A stretch of 64,000 nucleotides of DNA from Eledone cirrhosa (Eukaryota), in NCBI GenBank assembly GCA_964016885.1, contig OZ024743.1, positions 181,846,001-181,910,000 on the forward strand, in the 5' to 3' direction. A program made the translations under genes and the position numbers. Positions within the stretch are counted from its first letter, which is position 1, and every line of letters begins with the position of its first letter. The notes under the pieces were generated by a model. The model was not told the origin of the DNA. It saw only the letters and a list, made by a program, of their open reading frames with translations, and searched no databases. This document shows positions 40,826 to 51,789 of the stretch, in pieces.

Positions 40826-42889
40826 TTACCGTACTTTTGGTAGAGGAGGGATGGTTTTTACATCCCTTTTCACTTGATCGTCTGGTGAAGGGACCGTTGA
40901 ATCGTCCCTTCGGCTGGTCGTCGGCTCTTCTAAGAGAATGTCTGAGTATACTCTTCGATTGATGGTTCCTCCTAGGTCCCTGAAATCACCAACTGCGTTG
41001 GGGAATTTCGTTTTAATATTTGTGTATTGTTTCTGTGCTATTTTTAGCAGTCTTATGTTAGTTGGCGTTTTGATTGGTGCTGGTATTATGTAGTCCTGTT
41101 GTGAAATGTCTGTGTGTTCAATTATGTAAGTCATTAGTTTCTTGTTGTGTGTATTTATTGCCGTGCATTTGTTTTTCTGGGGGTGGGGTGTGGTTCTGCT
41201 ATTTTCTTGTCGTTGTTGCTGGGTGTGTGTGTTTTGTTGTTGTGTTTGCGATGTTGGTGCTTGTGGTGGTGGTGTTGAAGGTGTTGTTGGCGGTGGGGTT
41301 GTCGCCGGTGGTGATGGTGGCGCTAGTGTGGGTGGTGATGGTGTTGGTGTTGTTGCTGCTGTGGGTCTCTTTGCAGTAGACTTTACCCTTTTCTCATTTC
41401 TTTCTTCCCTTTTCAAAGGCGACGATGCGCTGCTTCTGCGTTTGTGCCTTCTTGCGACCTTTTGCCATCCCTCTCCCACCTCACACTCCATGTCTGATTC
41501 TGTAAGGTCGGGGAGGGGTACCAGCTCCACTCTTTCACTTGTTGTTGTTGGTGATGTTTGCACTGGAGTCTCTGTTTCAGCTGCATTTTGTATTGCTGTT
41601 GTTGTTGTTAATATTTCCACTGCTGCTGCTGTCTTTGATTTCCGTGGAGTGGGTATGGGTGCCACGGACCTATCGTTCCTGGTTGCCGCTTGTCCTGTTG
41701 CTGGTAGCCGTGGAGCCGGATTCGGAAGGAGGGGGGTTTTCTCCTTTCTCAGGGTCTTCTCGTTGCAGAAGGCCCTGAGGTGAGTCTTCGATCCACAGCG
41801 AAAGCATTTCGGGCGTTTGCCCTCAACACTTATGGGCAGTTGAGTGCCGTTATCGAAGTCTATCACATCCGGGATAGCTTCGATGCACTCCTGGTTGGTT
41901 TGGATTAGCATCTCAATGGAGGAGCCGACCCAATCTTCTCTTACTTTTTTCTGTACTTGCAGTACAGTTGTTTTGTCCTCGATTCCGACGAGGACAGACG
42001 CGGCCAGCCAAGAAGGGGTCATTCCGGGGGGGACGTGGGTCAGTTTGACCCTCACAATTTTTTGCCCGCAGTAGGAGGGCACCAACACCATTTCCTCGCT
42101 CCTTAGGGTCACTACTGATTGGGCCTTTGCCTCCTGGGGTGTGGCAAAAAGTACGTCTACGGTGGCGTATTTTTTGCCTCGGGTGATGTGCGTTTTCCTC
42201 TGCCACACAGACCCCAAGGCTTTTTGTATTTGGGCCTCTGTGGCTCTTTCCACCCTACGGGATTTTGTACTTACTGTACGGTACGTGACCGTACAGTGCT
42301 CTTGGGTTTCGAAAAAATTTTTCGCTGCCTTGCAGATTGCTCGGTGTCCATTCTTTGTCACCATCTTCTTCGCTTCCTCTAATTCCTCATTTGTTATGAG
42401 GATTGTTTCCAAGTTTTTCGCAATACCTGCAAATGAGATTGGTTTTTCTCTGCTGTTGTTGTTGTCGTCAGAGCTGCTGGTACTTTTGTTGTTGCTGCAG
42501 GTACTACGACTACTGCCTCCGCCGCTGTTGCTGTGGTTGTTGTTGGTGTTGCTGCTGCTAATGCTGTTGTTGTTTATGCTGCTGGTGATGCTGTTGCGGC
42601 TGCTACTGTTGTTTTCATTGTCACTGTTGCTGTTGTTATTACGGCTGCTACTGCTATTATTCCTGACGTCAGACGAATGAACTGGGTTTTCGTATTTCCC
42701 GCACACCTGTTTCGTCGCTGTCGTCGTCGTCGTGGAGAAACTTTGCACGCTTTGCACGAGACTTTTCTTTTCTTTCGTCACTTGCGAAAGAGAAGGGAGG
42801 GAGAGAGACACATTTAAAGAAGGGAGGGAGAGAGACAATCTTCTCGGAATGAGTGGGAGTGACGTATGAAATTTCTTTTTCGTAGCCAT
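40826..42889 (-). CDS. Tx1 ORF1p, 687 aa: nucleic-acid-binding protein with CX2CX4HX4C knuckle
   Basis: GKRPKCFRCGSKTHLRAFC; ends 35 bp upstream of ORF2; N/S-rich and P/T-rich low-complexity regions. Confidence 0.88.
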   Translation of the reverse strand: MATKKKFHTSLPLIPRRLSLSLPSLNVSLSLPSLSQVTKEKKSLVQSVQSFSTTTTTATKQVCGKYENPVHSSDVRNNSSSSRNNNSNSDNENNSSSRNSITSSINNNSISSSNTNNNHSNSGGGSSRSTCSNNKSTSSSDDNNNSREKPISFAGIAKNLETILITNEELEEAKKMVTKNGHRAICKAAKNFFETQEHCTVTYRTVSTKSRRVERATEAQIQKALGSVWQRKTHITRGKKYATVDVLFATPQEAKAQSVVTLRSEEMVLVPSYCGQKIVRVKLTHVPPGMTPSWLAASVLVGIEDKTTVLQVQKKVREDWVGSSIEMLIQTNQECIEAIPDVIDFDNGTQLPISVEGKRPKCFRCGSKTHLRAFCNEKTLRKEKTPLLPNPAPRLPATGQAATRNDRSVAPIPTPRKSKTAAAVEILTTTTAIQNAAETETPVQTSPTTTSERVELVPLPDLTESDMECEVGEGWQKVARRHKRRSSASSPLKREERNEKRVKSTAKRPTAATTPTPSPPTLAPPSPPATTPPPTTPSTPPPQAPTSQTQQQNTHTQQQRQENSRTTPHPQKNKCTAINTHNKKLMTYIIEHTDISQQDYIIPAPIKTPTNIRLLKIAQKQYTNIKTKFPNAVGDFRDLGGTINRRVYSDILLEEPTTSRRDDSTVPSPDDQVKRDVKTIPPLPKVR

Positions 42890-43104
42890 GTTTTTTTTTG
42901 TTTAAAATGAAATTTTGGGTACAAAACCCCAATAACTGGTTATTTAACCCCGAAGGGCCAAATAACGGACAGAAAGACCCCTCTCACGAGGAGGAGGGTG
43001 TTTTTGTCTACAAGTTGGTCTAAGTTTTAAACAATTTACAATTGTTAAAGCGTTCAAAATTTACAGTACCTTACAGAGCCGAGCCTCCGTCAACCATAGC
43101 ATTC

Positions 43105-43142
<38 letters not shown>

Positions 43143-43143
<1 letters not shown>

Positions 43144-45844
43144 TCGATAGTTTGCCACACAGTTGGATTGAAAAATGTTTAGAGATTTTCAAAATATCCC
43201 CCGTTGTCAGGAGGTTTTTGTCATTCAATATGAAGACATGGAAAACGACACTCCTTTTGAATAGTGAAACAAAATCACTGGAGCTGGAGAAGTTAATATT
43301 AATTGTGGAATTTTTCAGGGTGACTCTTTATCACCGCTTTTATTCTGCATCGCGCTTATACCATTAAGTAAAATGCTCAATGAAACAAAACATGGATATA
43401 AAGTCTATGACAAAACCATTAATCACCTGTTCTACATGGATGACCTGAAACTATTTGCAAAAAATGATGAACAATTGCAAGGGCTATTATCCACTGTGAA
43501 GCAGTTCAGTGATGACATTAAAATGGAGTTTGGACTAGATAAATGCGCCAAAGCAACGTTCACCAGAGGAAAGCTGCTAAAGAGTTCAGACATTAATCTT
43601 GATCGGGGGAACGTGATAAGAGAACTTGATCAAGAAAAAACTTACAAATATCCAGGTGTTTGTGAAGGAGACGGAATCAAGCACTCGACAATGAGGGAAA
43701 GGATAAGGAAGGAATGTTACCGCAGAGTAAGAGCAATCTTAAGAACGGAATTGAATGCAAGGAATAGGATCGATGCCATAAACACGCTTGCCATACCAGT
43801 AGTAACCTACAGTTACAATGTCATCAACTGGTCAAGCACAGAGATCCGTAGGCTCGATACAAAAATTCGAAAATTCTTAACCATGCACAGAATGCATCAC
43901 CCTAAGGCAGATATAGATAGAATATATCTCCCTAGGAAAGAAGGAGGACGTGGGTTAATCCAGTTAGACATTGCGTTGAAAACTGCAACAATTGGATTAT
44001 CTACATATCTAAGGGAATCACATGATTGGATGATCAAACTCGTTTTGAAACACGAAAGCATCAAAAGATCATATTCCATTACAAAAGATGCACAAAGATA
44101 CAGTAATGGACTACAAATTTCAGAAGTCCCATTTACTGCTGAAATGGAAAACACAGAAAAAGCAAAGCAGGTAAAAGTAACTGCAAAGAAAGAACTGCTA
44201 CAGAAACTGGCTAAGAAATGGCAAGAAAAGCCTCTGTATGGAAAATACCCAGAGCGAGCTAACAATCCTGATGTTGACAAAACTTTAACCCATCAGTGGT
44301 TGGCATCCTCTGGACTGAAATCGGAGACTGAAGGACTGATTATATCAGCACAAGATCAGTGTCTGCCAACAAAAAATTACCAAGCCAACATAATAAAAAA
44401 TAGGTGCAGCCCATTATGCCGTGTATGCAAAAAACAACCAGAGACCATTGACCATATAATTTCAATGTGCAGTCCTATAGCTCCAACCGAATACCTAAAC
44501 AGGCATGACAGAGCTGCACAATACATACATTGGATAATGTGTAAGCATTTTGACCTGCCCCATCAAAACCTAAGGGGTCTAATGATTACTTATCGCAAAT
44601 ACCAGGAAACCCGCGTATAGGAGAAATACAAAAGATAGTACTAATGGGAACTGCCCATATACTAAGGAAGATTCTGTCAATATAAGTACATCACAAGTCT
44701 AAACACTAAAGATGCATGTGTGAATATGTATGTTCTTTCTTGAACATGGCGGACCTTGTTGTCTCTTGAGGTCACTGGTTGTGACTTGGTGATAACTCGT
44801 ATGAACATAAAGCAAGATAAATGCAACTGTAATAATAATAATAATAATAATTGTTTCTACTTTTAGGCACAAGGCCAGCAATTACCCAGTTCATTACTGG
44901 TACTTTATTTTATCGACCCCGTAAGGATGAAAGGCAAAGTCAACCTCGGCGGGATTTGAACTCAGATCGTAAAGGGACGTAACTATGCTGGAAAGCATGG
45001 CGTCCGACCCTCTACCGTTACTGCCAATCCACCGCCCTCTGAAATCTGAGACTGAAGGACTGATTATATCAGCACAAGATCAGTGTCTGCCAACAAAAAA
45101 TTACCAAGCCAACATAATAAAAAATGGATGCAGCCCATTATGCCGTGTATGCAAAAAACAACCAGAGACCATTGACCATATAATTTCAATGTGCAGTCCT
45201 ATAGCTCCAACCGAATACCTAAACAGGCATGACAGAGCTTCACAATACATACATTGGATAATGTGTAAGCATTTTGACCTGCCCCATCAAAAGAATTGGT
45301 GGGAGCATCAACCACCTCCCATACTTGAAAAAGATCACATCTCAATCTTGTGGAACTTTAGCATCCAAACAGACCGAAAAATAGATGCAAATAGACCTGA
45401 TATAATATTGAAGGACTTTAAAAAGAGGGTATGCCTGCTAATTGATATGTCTGTTCCAATAGACAAGAATGTATCTATAAAAACATTTGACAAATTGAGC
45501 AAGTATAAGGACCTGGAGATAGAAATTGGAAAAATGTGGAAATTGAGAACTAAAACAATACCAGTGGTTGTAGGCACTCTGGGAATGATACCTAAGGGGT
45601 CTAATGATTACTTATCGCAAATCCCAGGAAACCCGCGTATAGGAGAAATACAAAAGATAGTACTAATGGGAACTGCCCATATACTAAGGAAGATTCTGTC
45701 AATATAAGTACATCACAAGTCTAAACACTAAAGATGCATGTGTGAGTATGTATGTTCTTTCTTGAACATGGCGGACCTTGTTGTCTCTTGAGGTCACTGG
45801 TTGTGACTTGGTGATAACTCGTATGAACATAAAGCAAGATAAAT

Positions 45845-45845
<1 letters not shown>
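43143..45845 (+). repeat. Near-identical direct copy of block 34368-37070 (Dong-B + SINE at 44852-45037 + Dong-B 3' segment)
   Basis: Constant offset of 8775 bp; same truncation, deletion and SINE; I noticed only one substitution. Confidence 0.95.

Positions 45846-45903
<58 letters not shown>
45846..45903. repeat. (TAA)n tract at the right boundary of the array
   Basis: Seen directly in the sequence. Confidence 0.95.
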
Positions 45904-45905
<2 letters not shown>

Positions 45906-46284
45906 AGAAAAGGAAAGTAAAAAAGGGAAGAAAAATTAATTTTCACATACATGTTCATTCAGAGAAGAGAGGTCATTTCTCTGTCCATCTTACTCTGCTT
46001 CTGGCTTGGTTGTGTTTATTTGCTTTCATATATATCAACTCGCGTGTTACTTTTCTACATTCGATATATATATTACAAATGTAAATCTGAGTTTTTCGAA
46101 TATTATTTTTAAATATAGTCGATTCGTTTGCAATTATGCAAAAGCCTCTTAAGCTATCTCAGTAGAATGACCCCATCATTTTTGCTCTTGTGTTAGCATA
46201 TAAACAGAACGGCAAACACCAATGTTTCTGGATTATTACTGTACATCAATACCGTATACTGTTTACCTGCCAATTGTCAGAGCT

Positions 46285-46381
46285 AATGAAAATATATGAT
46301 ATACAATGACTGATCGGCCTGATTTGCATATTAGCAGACCCACTGTATATATATTTATAGACACACACACGCACGCACACA

Positions 46382-46447
<66 letters not shown>

Positions 46448-46573
46448 TATATATATGTATATATATATATATGTGTGTGTGTGCGTGTGTGTGTGTGTGT
46501 CTATAAATATATATACAGTGGGTCTGCTAATATGCAAATCAGGCCGATCAGTCATTGTATATCATATATTTTC

Positions 46574-46576
<3 letters not shown>
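46285..46576. repeat. Fold-back inverted repeat around (CA)n-(TA)n-(TG)n
   Basis: About 77 bp unique arms (46285-46361 / 46500-46576) are exact reverse complements. Confidence 0.92.
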
Positions 46577-46610
<34 letters not shown>

Positions 46611-47019
46611 TTCATGATTCCTATGTGTATGTATCTGTGTGTGGGAGGGTGTAGGGCTACCTGAGTGTGTTTGTGTGTGCACGTGTGTGCCTGTGTGTGT
46701 GTGCGTACAAGCATGTGCACTGGTAACATCTTTCCATTTAAAGCTAAGACCTTAAAAATGATGTCATATAGTAAGATTATGATTACTAAGCAAACTTCTT
46801 AACCTATCGCGGTTGGTAACACTTTAGTTACCAAACCGGCCCAAGTTATTGACCTCCTAGTGGTGAACATCCCAGTGGTGGGCCTCCTAGTGCTAGGCCC
46901 TGGAAACTGATCTCTGTGTCCGGCTGCTGTCATTTGCCTGTTGTAATTTCAAGAGGCTGGGCTGACTGTCCGTTTTTCCGTTGTCTTTTCCATTATCTTT
47001 GCCCTTTGCACCCCCCCCC

Positions 47020-47049
<30 letters not shown>

Positions 47050-47053
<4 letters not shown>

Positions 47054-47230
47054 CGAAGGACGTGTGGTAAGTAACCAGGTGGACCATAACGCACCAAAGT
47101 ACTCGATACTGGGTAGTAGAGTGAGTATTAGGAAAAGAGTCATGACCCCGACGGCTGAGCTCCGGCCGTTTCGACAGCTAAGTCCTTACTTATTGTTGTT
47201 ACGCCCGATTGAACCCGGGACTCATATATC
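47050..47230. repeat. (TA)n-flanked dispersed repeat; related pieces at about 62400-62432 and 63949-64000
   Basis: Shared TAACGAAGGA..TGTGGTAAG.AACCAGGTGGACCATAACGCACCAAAGTA; the minus strand has GAAACGGC-loop-GCCGTC, like a hammerhead helix III. Confidence 0.6.
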
Positions 47231-47407
47231 TATATATATATATTCACGTTGCCCCTTCTATCTGGAGTTGCGACCGATAGATAGTATTAGCAATTGGAAA
47301 GACCAATGGAAACATTGTTTCCTCGGTCCGATTTGACGAAAGTCGATCGCTCCTTAATATATATATATATATATATATATAGTATATATATATATATATA
47401 GTATATA

Positions 47408-47478
<71 letters not shown>

Positions 47479-47556
47479 TATTGAAGTTTCCGTTGAAAAT
47501 TGAAAAAGTCATAGGAATGAAGAGTGCTCTATGTAAGTACCAGAGCTAAATGTAAA

Positions 47557-47751
47557 GTATAATAAACAATACAATATAATTACCTCATTACCAGAGGTTT
47601 CCCGAATAAGACCAATACGAAAAACGTTCTCATTCGTTCATCGGACAAGGCAATTTGCCTTGTCCGATGAACGAATGAGGACGTTTTTCGTATTCGTCTT
47701 ATTCGGGAAACCTCTGGTAATGAGGTAATTATATTGTATTGTTTATTATAC
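47557..47751. repeat. 195 bp palindrome (97 bp arms, 2 mismatches) containing a hammerhead-like fold
   Basis: Centre at 47654; CCTTGT-CCGATGA...GAAACCTCTGGTA-ATGAGG at 47658-47725. Confidence 0.9.
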
Positions 47752-47774
47752 ATTATATATATATATATATATAT

Positions 47775-48922
47775 TGAAATAATTAATAATTATAGAAAGA
47801 GGAATATAGATTATGACCTGACCTGGAGTGTGCTCAAAAGGGCCACCCCTTATCAAAATAATAGATATGAATATAGATTATGTTCCCAGGAACTTTTTGA
47901 AATAATGAAATCTAAGGATATCCTATTAAACGACAGGAATTAATTATATCATGTAATCATAGACTAAGAAGAACTTTTAAATACTATAAACCTAATTAAT
48001 ATACACTTTAGAAATTATTATAATAACACTTTTTTTAAATTAGTTAACCTATAATTAATATTCTACTACTAATGAACTGCATAATTTTATTTCCCTTTTA
48101 CAGCTATCTTTTCCTAAAATCTATACCATTAAGTATACATATAAACTATTTTAATTTCAGGTTATGATTCTATGTTCCTTATAATCTATATAAATTTGTT
48201 ATTTCTCACTGATAAATTTACCCCCCCCCCCCCCCATAATAATTATTATTATTTTTTTATTTTCCCTTCGTTTTTAACAGCACTCTTCAATTACATCTAA
48301 CTCTTATTTATCATATCCATATGAATTAATATAAATTTATCAATATAAATATACCTATCAATTTAATTAGTTTCTTTTTATAGATGTAAACTCCCTATAT
48401 TTTAAATAAGATTGATATTTTTCACTAACACATTTATCGTAAAATTTTATTCTCCTTAGATATTTACATTGGCATTATTCTTTTATAACATCAATTTTTC
48501 GTGTACCTTTTACCGGCTTGACCTATTTTCATCCCTAAAATAATCTTTTCATTCATCATACTATTTCCATTCAAAACTGAAATCTGCCTTCCTCTACCCC
48601 TAAATTAAAGTTCTATTACTACTATTTTACCATCTTGACCATTTACTACCTTTCTATTGGTCAATTAAAACCTGTTCCCAAACAGACCTATTATATTAAA
48701 TCTTTGTTGGGTTTTTTCAATAAACAAATATCATTATTTCTGAAGACAGCATATATATGTGTAGGTATGTATATTTCCTCTGATAGTTTGTAAAAATTTT
48801 ACATAGATCTATATGATATACATACCAACACTAACATATATATCCTAGAAACGATCGTAAAATGATGAATTTTTTAATATAAGGAACTGTTTCTTTGTTT
48901 TTATTCATTATTTTTATTAATT
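47775..48922 (+). mobile_element. 3' remnant of a Penelope-like element between (TA)n tracts
   Basis: NIDYDLTWSVLKRATPY...RLCSQELFEIM...LLNDRN resembles a PLE GIY-YIG C-terminus; terminal hammerhead motif. Confidence 0.72.
48731..48866 (+). ncRNA. Minimal type I hammerhead candidate with long helix II
   Basis: CTGAAGA (48740-48746) ... GAAA (48848-48851)-CGATC-GTA; palindromic ACGATCGT; base of helix II poorly paired. Confidence 0.55.
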
Positions 48923-49587
48923 TATATATATATATATATATATATATTCACTCATTCATTCAGCCCTATCGCTCTTTGTGGAACATAGGCCAATGACCTC
49001 CCCAAAAACTGTTTCCCTTCTGCCTTTAGGCCATTGACCTCCCCAAAAAGTGTTGGCCTTCTGCCTATAACCCATTGACCTCTCCCAAAATTGTTGACCG
49101 TGTGCCTAAATCAGAAACTATTATAAAGCCCAAACTATGACTGAAGTAGAAAATGTGTCCAGAGCCGCTGGTATGAATATCATAGACCAGATGTGGCCCA
49201 TGGGGGAATTATTTAACATCATGAGCATAGGTAGACCTTTCATTATATGTTTAGTATCCTCTATGGACAGTATGTAGTGAACACAGATTGGCCAAATTGT
49301 TAAAAAAATTCACTTCGCAATCATTATATTCTGGGTTCGATCCTACTGGTTGCCATCTTGAGCAAGTGCCATTTACCATAGATGTGATGTGAGGTGACTA
49401 TTGCAGTGACTGTCCTTTCCATTCTCCACGGTAACGCCTTTGCTATTTTGTCCTCGTGGCACAGCTGAGGTACCGGCCAGAGTGGGGTGTAGTGCTTCTC
49501 CTCTCTCCCTTTCTTTCGTTGCTTGATTCTTTTTTCTTATTCTTTTCATTTCCCTTTTTTTCTTCTTTTTTTGTTCTCTTTAATAAT

Positions 49588-49775
49588 TGTTTCTATTTTT
49601 GGCACAAGGCCAACAATTATCCCAGTGCATTACTGGTACTGTATTTTATCGACCCCGTAAGGATGAAAGGCAAAGTTAACCTCGGCGGGATTTGAACTCA
49701 GACCATAAAGGGCCGTAACTCTTTGCTGCAAAGCATGGCGTCCGACCCTCTACCGATACTGCCAATCCACCGCCC
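49588..49775 (-). mobile_element. SINE family 1, full length, with 16 bp target-site duplication
   Basis: TGTTCTCTTTAATAAT at 49572-49587 and 49777-49792. Confidence 0.9.
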
Positions 49776-49792
49776 ATGTTCTCTTTAATAAT

Positions 49793-49955
49793 GGTTTCTG
49801 ATTTAGGCACAAGACCAAACATTTTAGGGAAGGGAAAGGCAATTAAATCGACCCGAGTGCATTACTGGTACTTTATTTTATCGACCTCGTAAGGATGAAA
49901 GACAAAGCTAACCTCAGAGGGGTTTAAACTCAGAACGTAAAGGGCTGTAACTCTA
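49793..49955 (-). mobile_element. SINE family 1, older partial copy
   Basis: Same central domain and tail. Confidence 0.8.
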
Positions 49956-50029
49956 TGTCGTTTGTTCCCTCTAACAGTGTGTTTTGTTTTTATAAGATAC
50001 TGCTCCATTATTTTTATATAATGTTATCC

Positions 50030-50152
50030 AAGGTTAACTTTGCCTTTCATCCATACGGGGTCGATAAAATAAAATACCAGTAACGTACTGGGGTCGATTT
50101 AATCGACTTTCCCCTCCCACCAAATTACTGGCCTTGTGCCAGAAATCATTAT
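50030..50152 (+). mobile_element. SINE family 1, 3' half
   Basis: GCCTTTCATCC...GGCCTTGTGCCAGAAATCATTATT. Confidence 0.8.
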
Positions 50153-51526
50153 TTTTATATAACGTCGATGTCTTTTCATGAATTGTCATTCTATATTGAA
50201 TATATTTGTTTTTCATTTCAGTTATTTTATAGTCTATCTGTATGATGTCACTTCATATTGACTATTAAAACGTATAAAAGCTTGTCTTCTGAGTATATGC
50301 CATGTTAGGAGTGTCAAGGGAAAGGAAGAATAAATAAAGACGATAGTCAAAAGAATGAACAGTGTCGGTAAAAGTCATGTGCTTACAATTTCCCGTTGAC
50401 TCGAAACATGACGTTCTTGTGATGTTCAGAGGAGGGTTGTAGTAGTGAAAAGCTTTACCCGTGTCGTCAATAACAGTAATAGCCGGTGAATGTATTTTAA
50501 AGTTTGAAGTTGAAGATTGGTGTGTCATATATGAAAGCGCATGGCTTAGTGCCTAGAGAGCTGTATTCGTCAATGTGAGGTTGCGAGTTCAATTTTCGGA
50601 CCGGTTGATGGGTTGTGTCCTTGAGTAAGACACTGTGAGATAAAACTACCCATGTTAAGGGTTCTTATTTAAATTAAAATGTTAAAATTAAATAAACATC
50701 GTGGTTATGTCACCGATCACCGAATGTTTTACGAAGCGCTGGGTGATAAAGCTATATAACGAGTGGAGTGGTCATGTGTGGAGATATTATAAAATAGCTT
50801 ATAAAATAGGTTGAAATCCCTAAAAGACGAAAAAGGAAGTTTACATTTAAAAGCTGTGATTCAGCTTTCTAATTTAAGGCAGTAAGAATTGTCATGGACC
50901 CTTGGCTTAATGGCTCAAAGCGGCTAGCCGGTATACAGGAGATACGGTGTTCGATTCCTCGAAGAGCCGATAACAACTTCTTTTTCCGTCTTTAAAGGGC
51001 TTTACCCTATTTTATAGCATCTCCGCGCTTGAGCACACCACTCTCTATATTAACGTAAAAATTAGATTTTTATGGGTTCCTATTTTAATTAAAATGTCGC
51101 GAGTTGTTAAAATGGCGGATAGAAATCTTTGTGGTAATAATCCCAGCTCTCTGTGTTATGAGTTCAAATCCTACAAAGTTTAACATTGCCATCCATTCTT
51201 TCAGGGTCGATAAAAAAGTACCAGTCCAGTACTGGGGTCGATTATCATCTATATCTCTTCTCACTTCTTCACTATAATTATTTCTCTCTCCTTCCCGTTA
51301 TAAGAAGAGATCGAGTGTTTCAGACCTCTATACCTATATCTATCTCTCCCATCTGTCTCTACATAACATAAATTGTAGCGCATATAGAAATAGGTGTGTG
51401 TTATGGTATTTGGAGGGAGAAAAATATAATTATTGGGGGGGTGCCCCCTCCTCATTCCACTGCCCCTGGATATACACTAAATTTTAATTAATTTATGAAG
51501 ATTATTCATTACTAAGATCGTATTTA

Positions 51527-51736
51527 GGGCAGTGGTTTGGCAGTAGAATCGGTAGAACGTCGGACAACATGCTTCGTGGAGTAGAGTTATGGCCCTTTAC
51601 GTTCTGAGGTTAGATTTGCCTTTCATCCTTTCGGGGTTGATAAAATAAAGTACCAGTGATGCACTGGGGTCGGCTTAATGGACTTTCACCTTCCCAAAAA
51701 TTGTTGACCTTGTGCCTAAATCGGAAACCATTATTA
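51527..51736 (+). mobile_element. SINE family 1, full length
   Basis: GGGCAGTGGTTTGGCAG head through CCTTGTGCCTAAATCGGAAACCATTATT. Confidence 0.85.
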
Positions 51737-51789
51737 ATAACATACATACATGCATACATACATTACATATATACATACGCACGCATAAT

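Larger units (their letters stand above)
37108..43104 (-). mobile_element. Tx1 family B copy 2, full length with both ORFs intact (potentially active)
   Basis: 5997 bp, two uninterrupted ORFs, (AAT)n at both ends. Confidence 0.95.

Noticed and set aside
18480-42817. Many 60-210 aa ORFs antisense to or overlapping the Tx1 and Dong ORFs
   Set aside because: Shadow frames of GC-rich or low-complexity coding sequence with no motifs; they recur only because the elements are repeated.
14323-45903. CRISPR-like or telomeric interpretation of the repeat-spaced array
   Set aside because: The repeats are variable-length AAT microsatellites, the spacers are LINEs, there are no cas genes or telomeric motif, and ordinary DNA flanks both sides.
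50903-50970. Functional tRNA gene (here or in SINE heads)
   Set aside because: Only A/B-box-like motifs; I could not build a complete cloverleaf.
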